NCBI RefSeq assembly: GCF_964355755.1
Contig: NC_092670.1
Coordinates: 36,196,388 to 36,260,387, forward strand
Origin: Antedon mediterranea
Lineage: Eukaryota; Animalia; Echinodermata
Length of the DNA: 64,000 nucleotides
Direction of reading: 5' to 3'
Position 1 is the stretch's first letter, and each line of letters starts with the position of its first letter. Positions 26,522-39,648 of the stretch are shown in pieces. The notes under the pieces are model-generated. The model was not told the origin of the DNA. It ran no database searches and was given only the letters and a program-made list of their open reading frames with translations. Position numbers and translations under genes: made by a program.

Positions 26522-27626
26522 TTGGGTCAAGCTACGCGATTTTTCGCTTAACGTTACCGCTCGGCGCTCGACTCGTAATAATATCTCTATGCTTAACCTT
26601 AAACAATGGTCAGGAATTGAGTCGGACTCGAAATTACACGCGATATGGATGTATGGCGACGGATGCCTTTTGAACAACCAAATGTATAGGTCTATACTTC
26701 TTTATTGTAGGCCTATGTAGTATCGTAGGGGCTGCCTTGAGTGGAGTGGTGTTACTACCACGTTTATCCAGCTGTATTTAATAGTCACAATACACAACAT
26801 AACTGATGAGATGTTTATCTAGTCTATAACCTAACTTTTTAGTATAAATATTGTGAAAGGGAACGGTTGTTATAAGCATACAAAACTGCGTGCTTGTTTA
26901 GCATTGAAATGTGTGTTTATCTTCAAGTTTGTAGCCTCTCTAGAGAATCTCAATGTCGAGGTTGTAAACATTATATACCGCACGTACCTGGTGCCTATAG
27001 TATTTTGGATGTTTTGCCAGATTTTTGGTGAGAGTGGGTCAACTTAAAGCAATTTTGAATCGATCAGTGCATTCAAAATTAAACCAAATGCATGATGCGT
27101 GTCCTGAACCAAATAAAGTTATATGCTTTTTCTCAAACTTTAAAGTTAAACTTAGAGCGACAATTGCAGAATGCAAACAGTGCGAAAGACGATACTAGAC
27201 ATATTGAAGGAAGGGTGTCTGACCTGAGAATCATTCAAAGGTTCAACTAGAAATTCAATAGAAAACTTGTATGCTACCCACCTGTGGTGATGTTTTTGAG
27301 TCTCAAAGGTAAACCTTCCCTATACAATAGCCTATGTGTACAGAGTAAAAAAGTCACAACTTGGTATTCAGGTGGTTTACCGGCATTTACATTTATTTTA
27401 AAACGAAAGTGTACAGTCTACGTATGTTTCGACGTCTGATCTGTTTGACTACTCCATACAACTAACTCCTAAATTGAAAGAACTCCTCTTTAATTTTTTT
27501 TTTTTGGACTTCAATAAATCATAATTAGTCATAAATTTACAAAGTATATCAATGTATATTTGTATTTTTTGTACGTTCATCGTTAAATGTCCATGATCAG
27601 GTCTACGTATGCTGTGATGATTATAT

Positions 27627-27661
27627 CAGGGAAGAGTTAAATTACTCTTAATTCTACCCTG
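27627..27661. mobile_element. 35-bp CAGGG...CCCTG mini-palindrome with 7-bp duplication (putative P-superfamily excision footprint)
   Basis: ATTATAT|CAGGGAAGAGTTAAATTACTCTTAATTCTACCCTG|ATTATAT. Confidence 0.6.
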
Positions 27662-27851
27662 ATTATATTAAGTCTCATTTAGTAAGAATGTTAAAGTTCC
27701 ATCAATACAAAGGCCTAGACAAGTTTTTGTTAGACCTACTTAAAGCCTTCATAAGTAGTTTCAAACAGAACAATCTTTAAGAAAAAAAAGTTGAGAAAAA
27801 GACGATATAATCAGAAAATCTTTTTTGTGAAATTCAATTGGTGATTCACAC

Positions 27852-27879
27852 CAGGGAGATATAAAATAAGCCCTCCCTG
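27852..27879. mobile_element. 28-bp mini-palindrome with 7-bp duplication
   Basis: TTCACAC|CAGGGAGATATAAAATAAGCCCTCCCTG|TTCACAC. Confidence 0.65.
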
Positions 27880-29410
27880 TTCACACTCTATAATAGTTAA
27901 TACTGAATACAAAATAGTTTGCCTCACCTTTAATCCAGCTTTTATTATTATTTTTACACTTCAATGCACATGTTTTGACCTGACCTGTATGCTCGAGTAA
28001 TTATTATCCAATCACATTACATTTTGGTGTGTGGGCGCGGTGACGTGTGTGTACTGCTGTACTTTTTGTATGCTACCTGAATTACGCGCATCCTATGCAC
28101 ATCGTCGAAGTTGAACTGTTTCGATCATTATCTTTCATCTCAGAGGTAAGTAAGGCCCTTAAAATTCATCCAATTTATGTCATGGTTTATCGGCCGAGGG
28201 AACATGGGTCGTTTCTATAGTTAGAGTAGAAAATGGCGATTCATTATATAGGCCTAGCCTAGGTAAGGTAGGCAACCCCTACTCTATATCTACTACGGTG
28301 GTAATGCAGTAACTTATATAACAAACGACGTCGTCAACGTTTTTTAGTTGTTTTTTTTTAATCCGTGTGTCAAATGAGCGGCCACACAATATTATATTAA
28401 TTAGCATAACAGTAATATGACGGAAATCATAAATTGCTTGTTGTGAGGTGATTGTACTTCTTACAAGTTGACCTTGACGAATTGTAAGGCCTGGGCCAGT
28501 CCTGTAAAAAGATGTCGATTAGCCGTATGATGTCGTATTCCACTACACCGTACGTACCACTGCTGTCTGTTGTCCGCGCAAAAAGGAGGTGTTTTAACAC
28601 CTCCTTTTTGCATACACAATAATACGTGTTAAAACACGTATGTATGCAGTGTACGTGGCTAATGTTTATAGGGCTAGTTGTAGTATTTCGATGTACAGTA
28701 AATAATCGCTTTTATTACTCATTATTTTCAATCGTGAGGATATCTTATTTTATGTGGAAGAAATAAATGTTGATTTGATTTGATTTCATTATGTATTGTG
28801 TCAGCAGTGGAGAACCACGTTTTGTTGTATGTCACTGAGACTTACTCGATGTAGCCTAATTAATTAAATTGATTAATTAAATTGACAATGATAGGCTACA
28901 ATAAACTACTAACTCTAGGCCTGTCTATCTACAAAACGTGTTTACACCATTAGGAAAGGTACCGTCTTCCATCCATAAAAAATGATATATGCCACAATTA
29001 GCTCATATTGTAAAATCGATCATCTCTATAAATAACCATGCAACCGGATCAAAATAGATGCATGTGATTATATGTGTGTTTTCTTTCTTTCTTTTCCATT
29101 GTTATTTCTCACACAATAAGTGAGCGAACGCTTAAATTGCAGTGCTTCTGATCGCGATCATTAATACGGTACTATTTGACACCCGAGATATCTAAAAAAG
29201 CTATAGGGTTAATTCTCAGCAGTAGTCGAGTCTGTTGATTGATTGAATTTAATATAATATTCAATTACTGTACAACAGGACCAGCAGCCCTCCAAGTGCT
29301 CGAATATTCTACTAGGGTTATTATTATCAAGAAATTAAGATTTTTGCTAATTTGCAGTTTCATTGGAACGGGTGCGCACCATATTGTAAATCTTTAATAT
29401 AGGCCTATAA

Positions 29411-29525
29411 AGCTTTGTCAACACTATCAAACTTTATGTGACAAAAAGTGTGATTAGATGTGCCCATATATTAGGGCATGTCACACTTTTTTTTGTCAAA
29501 CTAGTTTGATAGTGTAGACAGAGCT
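29411..29525. mobile_element. MITE family A, short form
   Basis: TIRs match the family. Confidence 0.8.
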
Positions 29526-29707
29526 TTATACTCATTTAAATTTCGTTGACAATTTTATGCACAGGATCTGTAAAAAAAGTCATAAATTCGAGTAAAATCC
29601 AGAAATCTTGCTAGGCCCAACATAGGCTCAGTCTGTCTAATTAATGATTTTTATTTATTTATTTATTTTCTTTTACTTTCTGCAGATATCCGAATATTTG
29701 ATCTGAT

Positions 29708-32700
29708 ATGGCGAACACTCCTGTGAGTATATTATTAGGTACTTGTTAAGTGTATTGATCGTAAGGATAAGGATCGATTGTTCACATGTGAATTCACAAG
29801 TTGTGAATTCTTTTACTGTAAACAAAAGAATGAATCCAAGTGATGGATAAAGAAAAACTGTATAGATTTCATTTCATTTCTCCTGCGCACCAAATGACTT
29901 CATTGTGAAAGACTAAATAAAAGCTAAAACTCAGAGTATGAAACCCCTGCTATAACGCGTCAGGGTCCCATGTTTTTTTTAGTTTCCGAAATGTTCATTT
30001 CTGCCGTAGGCCTATAGTTTATACGCTAAAGAAAAAGCATTGAATTACGTTTGTTCAATATAGCTGTGTAGCCTATAGCTACATATTTGTCAACAACCCG
30101 ATATTGCATTGTAGCCTATAGCCTATATTGCATTGTAGCCTATAGCTACATATTTTGTCAACAACCCGATATTGCATTGTTAATAATATTGATCTAACCG
30201 AATTACAGCTTCCGCATGTATATTGTTGAATTACGATATTATAAACAATTTATTAATGAATTACCATATGATGTTATGTTATAAATTATTGATATCATTC
30301 TATTCGAGTACGTTTTACGTTAAATTACATATGTTGTGTACAAAAGCATATGGTTCAAACACGAAAATACAAGCCTGCATAAATTATTATAATGAACTCA
30401 AGTATTTTTAGTCGCGTCCACCGCGATTCTACAGCTCACTATGTCGGTCGGTCGGTCGGTAAACACTAACTTGAGCACTTGACTGCAGCCATGTATGGCC
30501 TTGTTATAATGAAAATTGAAATAAAAAAAACCGTAATCCATAGCCTTTATGCATTATGTTGGTGACTTGATGGTTATTTAAACAGTAAGTAAGAAAACCT
30601 GGTTTTTTTGACAGGTTGTAGCGCAGCCAGGTACCCCACCAGGGCCACCGGTTCCACCAGCTCCAGGACTGGCCGGCGTTCAGTGGATGTCAAAGCCAGA
30701 TCCGACTCAGTTTTCCACTGTATGTCCTCCTGGACTCGAGTACCTGGCATCGTTGGACCAAATACTCGTACATCAAGTTATTGAGTTGGCTGAAGGTGAG
30801 GATCTAGGCATATAATACATTTTAAGATTCTTTTGTGATATAGGCAATATTTTTTACCGTTCGTTTGCTATCTGCTGAATAGCTGACTATAGCAGGTCGA
30901 GGTGCCCTGCAAAGAGTGGCCTATACATTTAACATGCTATATGATGGTTTCACTGCCCTTTAATTCATTAATATTACATAATCACACGAGGGGTCACTAA
31001 ATCAATTTCATCCTGAGCATGCAGGCCTACATATAGGACAGTATGTGACAATACAACAAAGAAAAGAAGTATCCGTCCGGTCCGTATAACCAACAATAAT
31101 GATCTTTGTTTTTTTGCAGTGCTAACTGGATTCGAGACAAAAAATCGTTATGCATTGAAGAATTCCCTCGGACAGCAAGTGTTCTTTGCTATGGAAGGTA
31201 GGCTACATCTTTCTATTTACCTTGTACGCCACGTATCCAATGCATTAGACTTGCCCCAAGTCTGTAGTTATTTCAAAGAATTGTTGATGTTTGTCTGAAC
31301 CTGAAATCGGGCCTGATTGTTTCGAGCTCAAGTATACGCAGGGAGTTGTTACAACTCCCTGGTATACGTATGAAAAAACGGCATATGTGCCAACATATCT
31401 TTTTACTAATATTAAGTCAAAACTCCGTATGGAACCCAGACTGCCAATGCTTGTGTTTTAATTGACGAATTATCTAAAATTCCCCTATGATTGTAGCAAG
31501 TCGATTTTTGACTGGGTTGCCGTAAAAATCTATACGAGCGACAGAGAACGAAGTATTGCGCTACTATCTTACGTAACTCAATAGAGCATTAGTTTCTTAA
31601 TGTGTTTTTCGTTTATATTTAATATATAGAGTCAAGTTGTTTAATGCGAAATTGCTGTCACCAAGATCGTGGCTTTATTTTGCATCTTACTGACAATTTT
31701 GGCCAGGTAAGCATAGACATAGGTCGGATGCCCACCCAAAATTGACAATAAACACCCTGAGCACTTTCTCTACGTTTCAAATTGCATTAATAATGATGTA
31801 GGCTTATAGGCCTAATTCAATTTATTTTATTTTGAAAAATTCATCCATATCAACAAACGTATAAACAGAAAAAGAAAAAAGAGAATTCGCAAACTCTAAG
31901 CTTAAATATATAATAAGATACAGTACTTTTCCATCTACAATATATTTTTGAGTTATGAAGCATATATTTGCAAACACAAGCAACAAGAATATTACAAATA
32001 TTGCAACTGTTCAACAGCATTGTTGGCATTGGGTATACTATCACGACCATTTTGATTACACATAGTTTTCTATTACAGTATATAAAACTGCGTAATGTTT
32101 GCGTCGCTTATTTTTGCTTTTAATTGCCTTAGGCCTACAGCGAATTTTAAAGGCATCGAATATTTCGAAATCGTAATTGTCTGTTTTGTATATCCTGTGT
32201 TAAGCTATATAATTATAATAGTCGCATTCAAATTCCTTTTCAACGACCGTATTGTTGGCACATTGTATTGATTTTTATGCATGATCTATTCAATAACAAA
32301 CAATTATCTCGATACAGTATGGAAAGCAAAAAGTGACAAATATCTTAAACTATATTTGCTACCGTACTTCAACCAGTCTCACTGACACTCTATGTCGATT
32401 AAAAAAAATAACTAGAAGTTAGACGGTTAAATTGTTAATGTGCGGAAATAAGAAAGTTAATATCTTTATTAAATTAAAGCAAATCACTCTACAAATTCTT
32501 TACGGTACCACATATGCCGCCGGTGTGTATTTTCCGAGGAAATTTGTCTGTAAGCTTGGTTCCCACTTGCGACGCAACGTAGCCTACGCAACGTAAGCAA
32601 ATGCCCTTCTAATAATTGTGTCTGCCCCCGCCTGCGTGAAATCAAACCTGCGATTTTTGCAGCACTATTGCGTCGTCGGTTCCCACTTGTGATTACGCAA

Positions 32701-35700
32701 TACAGCACTTCGATACGTCGCTGCGTTGCGTTCTAGTGGGAACCACGCTTTATAATTGTATTATATCTTTCAGGAAGTAATTCGCGTTGTCCGCGAGTTC
32801 AAGTGTTGCGCCGGCTGTTGTTGGTGCGCAAATGCGGATTGTTGCGCCTTTGAAGTCACCATTGAAGCCCCTCCAGGCATACCTGTTGGTTACATGCGCC
32901 AATCGTAAGTATACTGCGGCAGATGCGTAGTTTAGTGGAGGAATAAGTCATATTTTGTTATTCCAGACAGGGGCGAATTTAAAATATGTTTCCCCTACAG
33001 TTTGAGTTGGCCCGAACAAAGCCCACACCCGCATGCAAAAGACAAAATATGTCTGAAACGTGCGGCATATCGCTCAATTCTTCGATGCAATTTCGGGGAT
33101 TTGGGTCACATGCGTAGGGCCTAGGTCGTCATAAATCGAATGCTAGTTATAGGAGTGTAACCCGTAATCAAAGCCATAAATGTCCATGACCTGAAAGCCC
33201 GAAAGTGGAGGCCTAACCAGGATTACCATGTAGGAAAACCAATTCCTACCTGCCAGGTAATCGGATGTACATCTTAAATTTGCGGTAAGAATTAAGTTGA
33301 CTTCTACTCAATTATATCTGTAATTACTTCGTCACTTTGGATTATGCGCGATTCCCACTAGAGACGCAACAACGACGTAACACAACTTTAAGGGATTTGA
33401 CCAATCACAAGCGATGTATTGCTCGAACTGTCGGTTGACATTGGTCAACTCGCTTGAGTCTACGTCCTTGCGTTGTGTCCTAGTGGGAACCAAGCTTTAC
33501 ACTTGCAAAAGATCCCCCTGTATTTTCTTTACGTGATGTTTATCTTTCTTGCGTCTTTCTAGAAAAACTTGCTGGAAACCATTCTATCAGTTGCTGGACG
33601 CTAACCGCAGCCCGATTTTTGAGGTTCAAGGTCCGTGCTGTCCTTGCCAAGCAATTTGCTGCACCGAAGATGTTCAGTTTGAGGTATTTATCTAAAACAG
33701 AACCCTAAAAGGGGGAGACCTCTGGACCCAACAAAGTTTTCCCTTAAACTTGGTTCCCCAATCTTGGACGCAACTCATGGAAGAAACGCAACACAACGAC
33801 GATGACTTTCGCTTGTCATTGGTTAAAACGCTTACGTTGCGTTTACGTCCTTGCGTTACGTTCTAGTGGGAACCAAGCTTAACGCAACACAGCGACGTAA
33901 CGCAACTTGAGGGATTTGATCACAAGCGATTGATTATTCGAACTGTCGTTAATTGTCATTGGTCAACTCGCTTACGTTGCGTCTACGTCCTTGCAATGCA
34001 TCCTACTGGAAACCAAGCATAACTGTCGCTTGTGATCGGTCAATTCAAATTCGTTGTGCATACGTCGTTGCGTTGCATTGGGAGAAGCAAACCTTAAATT
34101 GTGCATCCTGGGCTGGCCGTTGTGTTAGGCCTCAGTGGCTGTAACACAGAGGCAATTGGCAACCTGGTTTAGGAACCGCAATTGACACTCCAACACCGGA
34201 AACTTTAGGCGTTTTCATTTTTTCAACATATCTTAATGCCTCTGTAAGCTCTGGGGCCCCTGGGAAGCCAGTGAGCGGTCATATCCGCGACTGTAGGCTT
34301 ACAATATCGCCCCTCACTTTGAGAAGGAAGTGTCCCCGGGGGTATTTTAATAGGGATGTTCCTCTCAATAGCAGTGTCCCAACAAAATAGTAAATGTTTT
34401 ATTCTGTTACAGATCATAAGTTGTCAGACGAATGAGAAAGTAGGAACTCTAGCGAAGCAATGGGCGGGATGGTTTCAGGAGGTTTGCTCCAAAGCAAACA
34501 ACTTCAGCGTTCAATGTAAGTATTTATGTTATCGTCTCGCTTGCGTGTAATATTCGTGCAGCTTTTAAACATACGAATGTTTAAATAACGATCACAATGG
34601 CGATCTCCTGTGGTTGATTTTCAATTTGGATTAGGGTAAACTCAGAATTGAGTTCTAAAGCTCTGTTTTAACTATCAAACTTGTGTGATATTCCCAATAT
34701 TAAGTGATATGACATCATCATGGGTATATATGGGCATATCACATGTTGTTGTCACATAACGTTTGATAGTGTAGACAGAGCTTTACACATCACATGTTGT
34801 TGTCACATAACGTTTGATAGTGCAGACAGAGCTTTACACATCACATGTTGTTGTCACATAACGTTTGATAGTGTAAACAGAGCTTTACACATCACATGTT
34901 GTTGTCACATAACGTTTGATAGTGCAGACAGAGCTTTACACATCACATGTTGTTGTCACATAACGTTTGATAGTGTAAACAGAGCTTTACACATCACATG
35001 TTGTTGTCACATAACGTTTGATAGTGCAGACAGAGCTTTAGAACTGTACGTTGTAACATGATTTGTAGCCGTGTATATTTAAGCACTAGTTAGTAGGCAT
35101 AGTTTAAAAAAAATAAATGCAAGTTGTATTATATATAATCTTGACAATGGCAATTCGTTTTATTATTCTCCCCCTTTCTAGTTCCACGAGACCTTGATGT
35201 CAAATTAAAGGCTGCCCTCATTGGAGGAACTTTCTTAATTGTAAGTAGACCTATTGTGTATTATGTCAGAATTTGTAATGTTCCGGACGACGCCCCGTAC
35301 TATTGCGTGTTATGTCGACAGAATTTGTAATGTTCCGGGCGGCGCCCCGTACTATTGCGTGTTATGTCGACAGAATTTGTAATGTTCCGGACGACGTTCA
35401 AAACGAACGAGAATTACGCGTCATAGCCTATGTAAACACAAGTAAATTACCTCAATGAATGTCAATTATATGCGCCAGTATATCGACTAGCAATTATATC
35501 CGCCCGCCCAGGGTGGGTTTTAAATTTAGTTTAAAACCTTCAGTACAGTTCCGATTATTTTGATATGTCTCATAACCCCAGACGCTAGAATCTCCCTGTA
35601 CACCCACCAACCTCCATCCCTCTTCAATCATACCCCACACTCGGGTGATCTTGATAAAATAAATCCTTGCCACAAATTTCAATTCAGCAACTTTAGCTTC

Positions 35701-36683
35701 GTAATGAGGGGCGATATATGATAGGGCCTATGGGTTAAGTACTGTAAACTGTGTAAATGAATAGGTGTCATTATATTGGCTAATGATTAGAGTATCTAAA
35801 CTTGATACAGCTGAATTAACGAAAATTTAATCAAATCAAATATGTTTTGCGTTGCCTGTGTAATATCGTATATAGAACAAATACAAATTTAACGCTTAAT
35901 TGCTAATTCAAAACGAACGAGAATTACGCGTCATAGACTATGTAAACAAAAGTAAATTAACTCAATGAATGGCAATTATATGCACCAGTATATCGACTAG
36001 CAATTATAACCTGTTATCGTATAACAACACATTAAGAATATCTACTGTATAGTATTAAATGAAATATAAGATCAGTACGTTTACTTACAATAAAGGTCGC
36101 ATTTATTTTGATTCAAGCACGACAACTACGTACAGTACCAAACTTGCCATGTGGTTGCTTCTTAATGTATAATAAATACGCACCACCTGGAAGTTGTATG
36201 CAAATTAGACAAAAGCTGATCGTTTTTGCATAACGTACGACTTATTCAAAATAGTATGTACGCCGGCCGGGATGCGATATTTTCTATGCGATAGTTCCTA
36301 TGGAGACCACTTCATGAAACGTCACAAAATAAACATGAATATTCAACAGTTATATCCATAAGGTGTGACGTAAGAATTTAGCTAATTACAATCTGCTAAA
36401 TGCAAACGCTTTCTGTCGAGCCGTCTGTGTAGTCAAGTGGATCAGACTATGGACGTTTTACATAGTGAGAGATTATTTAGAGGGTTAGGTTTAGTTATAT
36501 TTAGAAAGTAGTTCGGCTATCTTTCACATAAGGGATCCCCAACATATGTACGGAAAAAAAATCGCGGTTTTCAAACGTTATAACTTCGTCGTTGTGTACC
36601 TCATTTGAAAATCATATAAAATGACTAATTTTTGTTTTGTTTTCTTATAGGACTTCATGTTCTTTGAACACCAAGACAACTAA
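29708..36683 (+). CDS. PLSCR: Phospholipid scramblase (PLSCR family)
   Basis: Exons 29708-29722, 30615-30795, 31120-31197, 31630-31706, 32774-32904, 33563-33683, 34413-34515, 35182-35240, 36651-36683; probable 5'UTR exon ending at 28145. Pro-rich N-terminus, CPPGLEYLASLDQILVHQ, GFETKNRY, Cys-rich KCCAGCCWCANADCC, KQWAG, FPRDLDVKLKAALIGGTFLIDFMFFE. Confidence 0.95.
30406..30505 (+). mobile_element. Short Helentron-associated (HINE/DINE-1-like) element
   Basis: T-rich insertion site, (GTCG)n microsatellite, 3' hairpin GCCATGTATGGC followed by CTTGTT; a second copy is inverted at 51874-51978. Confidence 0.6.
31339..31361. mobile_element. 23-bp palindrome with 7-bp duplication
   Basis: GTATACG|CAGGGAGTTGTTACAACTCCCTG|GTATACG. 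Confidence 0.7.
32553..32749. mobile_element. MITE family B subfamily
   Basis: AGCTTGGTTCCCACT...CTAGTGGGAACCACGCT; an inverted relative lies at 37866-38057. Confidence 0.8.
33347..34092. mobile_element. Cluster of degenerate family B MITEs around a PLSCR exon
   Basis: Copies at ~33347-33496, 33748-33879 and 33881-34019 with TTCCCACTAG/CTAGTGGGAACC ends. Confidence 0.7.
34659..35037. repeat. MITE family A whose right end is amplified into 6 x 51-bp tandem copies
   Basis: Unit ACACATCACATGTTGTTGTCACATAACGTTTGATAGTG(C/T)A(G/A)ACAGAGCTTT. Confidence 0.92.
35397..36008. repeat. ~100-bp direct duplication (35397-35498 and 35907-36008), preceded by a ~52-bp tandem at 35250-35396
   Basis: TTCAAAACGAACGAGAATTACGCGTCATAG...GACTAGCAATTATA occurs twice. 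Confidence 0.85.
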
Positions 36684-37865
36684 AGATGTACGTCATTTTC
36701 GAACGCGATTTTAAAGTCAGCCGGACGATAGGGTATCCTTGTGTGATTGTTATATTTTCTACTTCATAATATCTATCAGTTCATAAAACTTCGAATAAAA
36801 ATATTAAAATAGTGATTTGAAGGCCATGTTTTTTAAACGTTCGTCATTAGGACGGATGTCAATATGATTATTTAGTGCGAGTTTACATCTGCTAGCCTGA
36901 AGACAGGTGGTAACTGTTATGCAGATTTTAGTACTTTTAATTGCATGAATGGTAATTAGTTAAAACATTCAAACATTCAAGCGAAGCGAACAGATGAACA
37001 TGCATACAGGCAATTCGGCGTTCTGGTAGCTTGGCGTGATCGCATAAGCTACTATAAAGCCGAGTAGGCTGTGCGCATGCGCATATTGTTAGGCTCGACT
37101 GCTTCGTCTTCTTGCAATCCAAAAGTCCTTCGTAAACAATGAACAAACTGAATTATATTGAATTGTGGCTCGGTGGTGAAAAAGCAACATGCTGTTATAC
37201 CAAAGAATTTTGGTTTAAAGATGTATGACCCCCAAAAACATGAAAAATGAAGATTAATTTAATCAGACTTTGAATAGGTTATTTTGTAGTTTTAATCAAT
37301 TTAATCACTTTCATAGAAAAAAATGAAAATAAAATAAAACAAAATGGTTAAATTCAACCAAAAATCCATTGGCTGGCAGCCAATTGGCAGACTATTTTTT
37401 GCTTTAAACTACATTTTTTCAGGTAAATCATTTTTTTATTATGTGACATCAAAATGGCATACCGTATTCAACCAAAAATGTTTTCAGAATTATTTTTTAC
37501 AGGAGAAAAATACATCTTTAAGCCATATGCCACAGTATCTTGGATATGCCACCACCATATGCCACAGTATCTTGGATATGCCACCAAAACTGGCTTAATG
37601 AAACGTAGCCTAGAAAGCAACTACAGTATAAGTAGTCAGTGATAATAGCTGTAGAAATTTATATATACCAAATATTTATCGGCAGGAATTCGTTGTAATA
37701 TTCCTATTGCATTTCATATGTTGGAGTTGTTAGGTTTCTTGTATATCTTAACCTGAAATGAATTTGTATGTAAATGTTAGAATATAGAAATGTGGTATTA
37801 TTAAAACACTTTTTTCGATTGTTTAATGTGTTGTGTTCGACAATATTCGTTGATTTACTTGTTAA

Positions 37866-38057
37866 AGCGTGGTTCCCACTAGAACGCAACGCAGCGGCGT
37901 ATCGACGCAAAGTGCTGTATTGCGTAATCACAAGTGGGAACCGACGACGCAAAAGTGCTTCCAACATCGTAGGTTTGATTTCACGCAGGCGGTGGAGAAC
38001 ACAGTAATTGGAAGGACATTTTCTTACGTTGCGTAGATCGCGTCGCTAGTGGGAACC
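37866..38057. mobile_element. MITE family B subfamily
   Basis: AGCGTGGTTCCCACTAGAACGC...CTAGTGGGAACC. Confidence 0.8.
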
Positions 38058-38399
38058 TTATACAAAAGAGCAGCAGCAATGTACCGGAGCTCGTATATGT
38101 TCCGAGTTGATTACAACGTACTATCGGTCTCAGTGCCATTGGTACTTTCATGTAGGCCTACCTCTTGTATTTAACTCCCCATCAAGTATCACCATTGCGT
38201 TGATGAATTTGAAAAGAAATAGGTTTTTTAAACTACTCGCATCAAAAAATGTGCACATTAAATCAATTCATGTTTTTAAATTACAAATCACCAATTATAA
38301 GTCTTGCCTCTTGTACAAAAATGAAGTTTTTTGGACAAGTGGTTCTCGAGAAAATGCAATTTCAGTTTACTTAATACTTTAAGACTGCTCGCCGGCTTT

Positions 38400-38627
38400 T
38401 GAAAAATTCTGTCCTATCTTTTAACACTAGCAGGTCTGAAAAGTATACTAAAAAGTGGTTCAGAATTGGGACCATGGTCATTTAATGGAATGGTCCTTGA
38501 CCACATATCTATCTGTATATTCATTTTGGTAAAGATCTTGTAATTACTTTTTTAGTAATCCTGCTAACAAACAAACAGACAGACAAACACATGCGATCGA
38601 TTACCAATACCTCCTTGGCGGAGGTAA
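38400..38627 (-). mobile_element. Helentron-associated non-autonomous element fragment
   Basis: Minus strand has a TTTACCTCCGCCAAGGAGGT hairpin followed by (GTTT/GTCT)n and AGCAGGATTACT. Confidence 0.6.
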
Positions 38628-39648
38628 ATAACTCTTCATTGACAGCTTCATGAAATATACACAGACAGTAAGCGTTACGAGAATGCATTATTTTAATAAT
38701 AATATTATTAATAGAACAGTATTAAGGCATCGTGTACAGTTGTTTAAAATTGAAACAGAAACAAGTTAGTTTCCATTGTATAGCTTTATAAAAAAAGGTG
38801 TTTGTTTGTGTACTATAAATGAAGAAATTGCAAACGCTCTAGTCTATAAATTCAGTTTCATTATATCCAATGGAAAAAAAACAACCAAAAAACATCATTT
38901 TTTGTTAATGTCAATGCATGTTACATTAAATCGAATCTGGCAAAACTACACATTGAATGAAGATCTGCGTAAAGTCCACAATTCCGTATTTATAACGGTG
39001 CTCTGAAATAGTGTATAGAGCGTTTGTGACGTCATTTTTTCAACCAGGATACTAATTCACTACAAATTGATCTTAGCTGTTCTTGCCTGTAACAGATTTG
39101 TGCGATATTGCATCTCTATAATGTCGACATGGACTTTAAATATTTAAATCACATACATGTTCGGTACAATTATCTCGGTACTGTACCTATTTCCGAAGTA
39201 GGCCTATCATCATAGGAATATTTTGGTTATACAATGTTGCAGTGCACAATGTCTCTAGTACGTAGTAACCGTATCCTTAACATGGGTCTTACATGATCAT
39301 TGTAACCAACACATGTGATATGAATGAGATGCTGTATGTATTACGAAATATTCCTATGGTACTTCGGAAATATATAACATGTGGAATCGGGTGTTGGGGT
39401 GGCGCCTGTGGATTTGGAAGTCAACTTCTATTAACAAAATCAGGCCCATGTATGATCATGGCATTTATGGGCAATAAAAAAATGTTCAATAATGATCTTG
39501 CCAATCCAATGACTGAATCCAGAATCACCGAGATGTCCAATGGTCAGCAGTTGTAAATGACCAATTTAATATAATTTCAGTTTGGAATACGGGTCCATAA
39601 CATAGGTATTTCAGAAAAAAAAGTTTAGTTTTACAATCAGTGTTCGTT

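Noticed and set aside
26853-27330. Semi-open reading frame with CRGC
   Set aside because: Multiple stops and no assignable family; at most a decayed element fragment.
34720-35061. Cys/His-rich ORF (HITCCCHITFD)n resembling a metallothionein
   Set aside because: Derives from the tandem MITE end.
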